Below are positions 49,435 through 53,636 of a stretch of 53,636 nucleotides of DNA, piece after piece (position 1 is the first letter of the stretch; every line of letters begins with the position of its first letter). The DNA is taken from the NCBI GenBank assembly GCA_048939015.1, contig JBHLPW010000034.1, positions 1 to 53,636 on the forward strand. Reading direction: 5' to 3'. A program made the position numbers and the translations under genes. Below the pieces are notes generated by a model that saw nothing but the letters and a program-made list of their open reading frames with translations, was not told the origin of the DNA and searched no databases. This DNA comes from Promethearchaeota archaeon. GTDB taxonomy: Archaea; Asgardarchaeota; Lokiarchaeia; Sigyniarchaeales; SOKP01.

Positions 49435-49812
49435 ATGCCAGATTTTGAAAAAATTATGGCGAATAATGAATCCCCAGAAGTAACTGCTAATTTCTTTGTA
49501 TTATATAAAGATGAGGAAGCGTGGATTAATGGTTGGATTTCAATGGAACCTTCATTGGAAGAATTTATCTCCATTCTTCAAGAAGAAATTGAATACTCTT
49601 GGGAGTTAGAACATATTGACATGGAAGATTATTTGATTTTTCATATTGATCTTGAAGATAAAAATAATTTGAAAGAAATTAAAGATGAGAACTATTATCG
49701 GTGGATAAAGTTACTTGATGAGATTTTTATAGTTGTATTGCATAAAGATATAAAATACCGAATAATTGAAAATATTCCACCTGTGTTTGAATGGTTTATG
49801 GGAACCTTATAA
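49435..49812 (+). CDS. Acidic hypothetical protein
   Basis: 125-aa ORF filling the gap, protein-like composition. Confidence 0.6.
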   Translation: MPDFEKIMANNESPEVTANFFVLYKDEEAWINGWISMEPSLEEFISILQEEIEYSWELEHIDMEDYLIFHIDLEDKNNLKEIKDENYYRWIKLLDEIFIVVLHKDIKYRIIENIPPVFEWFMGTL

Positions 49813-49846
49813 AAGAGAGTACAATATTCATTGAGATGAAGAATGT

Positions 49847-50260
49847 TTGATTTTTTGGAAATGTCCTAAATGTAAACGTGAGTTTTCAAAAAGGAACCAA
49901 TGGCATTCATGCGTTTCAATTTCCATTAATGAACATTTCGAAGGTAAAGCCCCATTACAAAAGAAAATCTATAATGTTTTACAAAAAGAAATAGAAAAGT
50001 TTGGGCAAATTAGAATAGATGCTGTCCAAACATCAATAAATATTGGTGGAAAATACCATTTTCTTTCTTTATTTGTATTAAAAGAGAGCTTAAAAATCGA
50101 TTTTATCCTTGAAAGGAGAATCCAAAATCCAAGATTTACTCGTATAAGAGGACCAACAAATGGTTATTTTACTTATACTTTAAAATTAAATGATTTGACT
50201 GATGTTAATAATGAACTAATAAATTGGTTAAGAGAATCATATAATATAAGAAATAAATAA
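49847..50260 (+). CDS. DUF5655-like protein with N-terminal zinc finger
   Basis: WKCPKC.R.F...NQ.HSC; C-terminal EL..WLRESY. Confidence 0.75.
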   Translation: MIFWKCPKCKREFSKRNQWHSCVSISINEHFEGKAPLQKKIYNVLQKEIEKFGQIRIDAVQTSINIGGKYHFLSLFVLKESLKIDFILERRIQNPRFTRIRGPTNGYFTYTLKLNDLTDVNNELINWLRESYNIRNK

Positions 50261-50268
50261 TGTTCCTC

Positions 50269-50802
50269 CTAACTTGATGACTTGTAGATTTGTGATACTA
50301 ATTTTAAAAAAAACTCTTGTACACCAGTACCAACTTTTGCACTTGTTTCATAATAGGCACAGGCGTTCAACTGCTCTCTAATCTCTTCAGTTTCTTTATC
50401 TTGAATTACTTTTTTATTTTCAATTATTAAATCAAGTTTGTTTCCAACAAGCACACTAGAATAATTTTTGATTGCCTTTTCAATTTCTACTTTCCAATTC
50501 AAGAGATCATCAAATGTTTGTTTTCTAGTTAAATCATACACGTATACTATTCCCTTTGCTGCTTTATAAAATTCATGTCTTACCCATTTAAAATGTTCTT
50601 GTCCTGCTAAGTCCCATATTTGTAAGATAACTGGAATTTTAGTATTAGGAATTTTGAGATGTTTTACAAAGAAATTTGAACCTATGGTAGAACTAACATG
50701 GGGGTTAAATCTCCTTTCTAAATATTGATGAAGTAAAGTAGTTTTCCCTACTCCAAAATTACCTACTATACAAATCTTATAAAAAGGAATTTTTGAACCC
50801 AA
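50269..50802 (-). CDS. Rab-like small GTPase (Ras superfamily)
   Basis: G1 GNFGVGKT, G2 TIG, G3 WDLAGQE, G4 NKLD, G5 ETSAK; no C-terminal Cys motif. Confidence 0.95.
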   Translation of the reverse strand: MGSKIPFYKICIVGNFGVGKTTLLHQYLERRFNPHVSSTIGSNFFVKHLKIPNTKIPVILQIWDLAGQEHFKWVRHEFYKAAKGIVYVYDLTRKQTFDDLLNWKVEIEKAIKNYSSVLVGNKLDLIIENKKVIQDKETEEIREQLNACAYYETSAKVGTGVQEFFLKLVSQIYKSSS

Positions 50803-50931
50803 CCTGTTTCCAATAAATGGATATACCTAATTTAGTTTTAATTAAATTTTATAATTTTGTATTATATAGACATAGTATTAGTAGTACAGAAAAAAGCACA
50901 TTTGTTTTGCTAGATAAACCTCACATTAAAT

Positions 50932-51621
50932 ATGGAAAAATTGAATCCCTCATTTGAAATTGATATTGTGTTTGATGATAAATGTCCTAAACAAGGATTT
51001 TTACCTGGTTTTGGATTTTCTGTCTTGATCCAAAATTATTTCACTGGAAATTATTCATTATTTGATACTGGGGGAAATGGAGATGTTTTAGTCCATAATA
51101 TTAATAAATTTAATGTTGAGATTTCCAAAATAAAGAATGTTATAATATCTCATAATCACCATGATCATGCTGGAGGTATAGCAAGAATATTGCAGAAAAA
51201 CCCTTCTATAAAACTATATGTGCCGATGGATGATTTCAAAGCATTTTCTAGAGTATTTTCTAATAATTTAATCCATGGTATCTCCGAAATGATTGAAATT
51301 GAGAAGAATCTTTATACTTCAGGTCAGTTTAAAAGTACTTTTAATTCTGAGCAAGCAGTCTTTCTAAAAACTAAAGAAAACGAATTAGTTATATTGGTAG
51401 GTTGTGCTCACCCAGGGTTAGAAAAATTTATTATAAAAGCTCAGAAAATATCTGAAATTAAAGCTGTAATCGGAGGATTTCATGGTTTTAAAGAATTGTC
51501 CTATTTAGAAAATATTGATTTTATAGGAGCTTGCCATTGCTCAAAATACTATAACTTTATAAGAGAAACCTTTCCAAATCAATTTCAGCGGATATGCGTT
51601 GGGGATAATTTTTTCTTTTGA
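50932..51621 (+). CDS. MBL-fold metallo-hydrolase
   Basis: LFDTG, SHNHHDHAGG, GCAHPG, GGFH, CHC. Confidence 0.9.
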   Translation: MEKLNPSFEIDIVFDDKCPKQGFLPGFGFSVLIQNYFTGNYSLFDTGGNGDVLVHNINKFNVEISKIKNVIISHNHHDHAGGIARILQKNPSIKLYVPMDDFKAFSRVFSNNLIHGISEMIEIEKNLYTSGQFKSTFNSEQAVFLKTKENELVILVGCAHPGLEKFIIKAQKISEIKAVIGGFHGFKELSYLENIDFIGACHCSKYYNFIRETFPNQFQRICVGDNFFF

Positions 51622-51865
51622 AAATACTTTTTTATACTAAATCGAGTATTCATAATTTTGAGTTAAATAATTCAAGGTTAAATCCATAATCTAATATATA
51701 AAAACAAGAATTAGAGCATTAAATTATAATTATTGGTTTACAATTTTTTTATATGAACCTTTAATCTGATTTTAATAGAAAATAATATTTCGCAATTTAG
51801 GTAAGACTAAAAGTTTAAATAAAGTGGTAACTATAACAAATATTAAGAAATCAAGGTGAGAAAAT

Positions 51866-52426
51866 ATAGAATTATTTCCTGCCATGTCAATAGGATGGCT
51901 TAATGGCTGGATTTTCCAAGCAGTATTTTTTATTTTATTTGGAATCTTTTTATTAACTTGTTCTAAAGATGTAATTTCACGCCTTTATGATGAGGAAGGA
52001 TGGAATAAAATGCAGAAAGCATTCACAAAAATCGCTAAAATTCTAGGACTAGTTGTTCTTATTTTATTTATTTTTACTCCATTGAATATAGGCTCTATAG
52101 AATTTATTATTGGAATTGTACTAATAATTATTGGAACAACGGGATTTCTTACAGCGCTAAATAATTTTAAAAATTCAATGCTTAATAAACCAATAACTAA
52201 AGGATTTTATAAAATATCTCGTAATCCACAATTAGTAATGATGTATATAACCACTTTAGGTAATTGTTTAGTAATTGGTTCATGGACCGCATTAGTTATA
52301 TTTAGTATATCAATAATGGCAGGACACTTTCGAATTTTGGGAGAAGAGAAAAGACTTACTGAACAATATGGCGATTCTTATTTAGAATATAAAAGAAAAG
52401 TTCCACGATATTTCATATTTTTTTAA
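51866..52426 (+). CDS. Isoprenylcysteine carboxyl methyltransferase/PEMT-like membrane protein (ATG at 51884; probable ATA start at 51866)
   Basis: T.GFYKISRNPQ, EEKRL..QYG..Y.EY...VPRY. Confidence 0.85.
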   Translation: MELFPAMSIGWLNGWIFQAVFFILFGIFLLTCSKDVISRLYDEEGWNKMQKAFTKIAKILGLVVLILFIFTPLNIGSIEFIIGIVLIIIGTTGFLTALNNFKNSMLNKPITKGFYKISRNPQLVMMYITTLGNCLVIGSWTALVIFSISIMAGHFRILGEEKRLTEQYGDSYLEYKRKVPRYFIFF

Positions 52427-52443
52427 AAAGAGAAAGCGAGAAC

Positions 52444-53004
52444 ATGGATTTTATACCCAAATTTGGTATAGGATGGTTAAATGGTTGGCTTCCTTTAGTA
52501 ATTTATGTATCAATACAATTTATTGTTACATTTACATGTCCAAAAGAAGTAAAGAGAAGATTAATAGATAGAAAAGGATGGACAAAAACACAAATAGTTA
52601 TGACAACAATAGGTAAATCATTTACTCTTATAAATCTTATTTTATTATTTTTTTCTCCGTTAAAAATTGGTTGTGTCGAATTTTTTATTGGGATTATTTT
52701 ATATATAATAGGAATAATTGGTTTGAGCACTGCGATACTTAATTTTAAAAATGCACCTTTAGGAAAACCTATAACTACAGGATTTTATAAAATATCCCGA
52801 AATCCACAACTATTTAGTATATACATTATTTTCGTAGGACATTTTCTTATGATTGGGTCATGGATATCGTTAATTATTTTCTTAATTTCAATTACTGGCT
52901 CACATTTTAGCATTTTAGGAGAAGAAAAAAGGCTAAATGAACAATATGGTAATTTATATTTAGAATACAAAAAGAAAGTTCCACGATATTTTATATTTTT
53001 TTAG
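52444..53004 (+). CDS. ICMT/PEMT-like membrane protein (tandem paralog)
   Basis: Same motifs, close paralog of the preceding gene. Confidence 0.85.
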   Translation: MDFIPKFGIGWLNGWLPLVIYVSIQFIVTFTCPKEVKRRLIDRKGWTKTQIVMTTIGKSFTLINLILLFFSPLKIGCVEFFIGIILYIIGIIGLSTAILNFKNAPLGKPITTGFYKISRNPQLFSIYIIFVGHFLMIGSWISLIIFLISITGSHFSILGEEKRLNEQYGNLYLEYKKKVPRYFIFF

Positions 53005-53049
53005 AAGGTAAAAATCATAAAAGTTAATCAATAAAATAGGTGAATTGTA

Positions 53050-53636
53050 ATAATTGGACCATTATTCATAAAATCTTTTTTTATCATATGTATAGTTTTA
53101 TTTCTAATTGGATTTTTTTGGCCTATAATTTTAGTTAAAAAAAGTGGAAAAGATCCTCATGGCACTCATGAGGGTTCATTATTACTAACAAGATTAAGTT
53201 CAGTTTCTATATTTTTATGGCTTGGGTTAATACTTGTCTATATTTTTTTCAATCGTTTAGTAGAGAACTTATGGTTGTTATATTTCTTATATAATGATAT
53301 TTCAATAATAATTGGAATGATTCTGATTTCAATAGGTTTTATATTTGAAATATTAGGAATAATAGCTCTTGGTATAAACTTTAGGATTGAACTTCCCACT
53401 GATGATACAGAACTTATCACATCTGGAATTTATAGAATAATGAGAAATCCTATAGTTTTTGGTATATTTTTACTAGTTATTGGTTCATTTCTAATTATTC
53501 CAACGATAATTGTATTATTGATATGTATATTTAACATTCTTACGTTTAATTCCAAAGCAATTGACGAGGAAAAATTTCTCCTCCGTAGATTTGGAAAAGA
53601 TTATAAAAATTACATGAATGATGTAGGGAGATATCT
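53050..53636 (+). CDS. Third ICMT/PEMT-like membrane protein, runs off the window end
   Basis: Manual translation, open from 53044: ...ELITSGIYRIMRNPIVFG...EEKFLLRRFGKDYKNYMNDVGRY; absent from the ORF track. Confidence 0.85.
   Translation, partial: MIGPLFIKSFFIICIVLFLIGFFWPIILVKKSGKDPHGTHEGSLLLTRLSSVSIFLWLGLILVYIFFNRLVENLWLLYFLYNDISIIIGMILISIGFIFEILGIIALGINFRIELPTDDTELITSGIYRIMRNPIVFGIFLLVIGSFLIIPTIIVLLICIFNILTFNSKAIDEEKFLLRRFGKDYKNYMNDVGRY

Noticed and set aside
942-53420. Many short ORFs overlapping longer genes (e.g. 1233..1517, 9918..10307, 12566..12913, 25091..25450, 44642..44998, 53238..53420)
   Set aside because: They lie antisense or out of frame within well-supported CDS and show no recognisable motifs
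50269-53636. Rab-like GTPase plus ICMT-like genes as a prenylation/methylation pathway
   Set aside because: The GTPase ends QIYKSSS with no CAAX/CC/CXC motif, no prenyltransferase is nearby, and ICMT/PEMT-like proteins are common in prokaryotes

Overview
Very AT-rich archaeal chromosome segment, most likely from an Asgard archaeon (Lokiarchaeia-like). The basis is the combination of a Rab-like small GTPase, four longin/uDENN-like domains, a giant sequon-rich surface protein, GGTGA/GGAG SD motifs and oligo-T terminators. About 50 CDS are supported: redox/flavin enzymes (msrA/msrB, three nitroreductases, PNPOx-like), peptide/lipid catabolism (iorAB, acyl-CoA dehydrogenase, Ntn acylase, S1P-lyase-like, CWH43-like), signalling (MCP plus receiver, 7TM-like, membrane wHTH) and three tandem ICMT/PEMT-like genes. 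I found no rRNA, tRNA, CRISPR array or transposase. Most notable: (1) a 1575-aa type I surface protein whose cytoplasmic longin+wHTH-like module is paralogous to that of the convergent soluble TPR protein, a candidate receptor/partner signalling pair; (2) a BpsA-SpeD fusion; (3) an unannotated 32-aa H1-tail-like PAKKK peptide gene; (4) a compact three-way-junction RNA candidate with complementary loops; (5) probable ATA start codons; (6) reciprocal decay of a duplicated two-gene cassette. All family assignments come from motif recognition by eye, not database searches.
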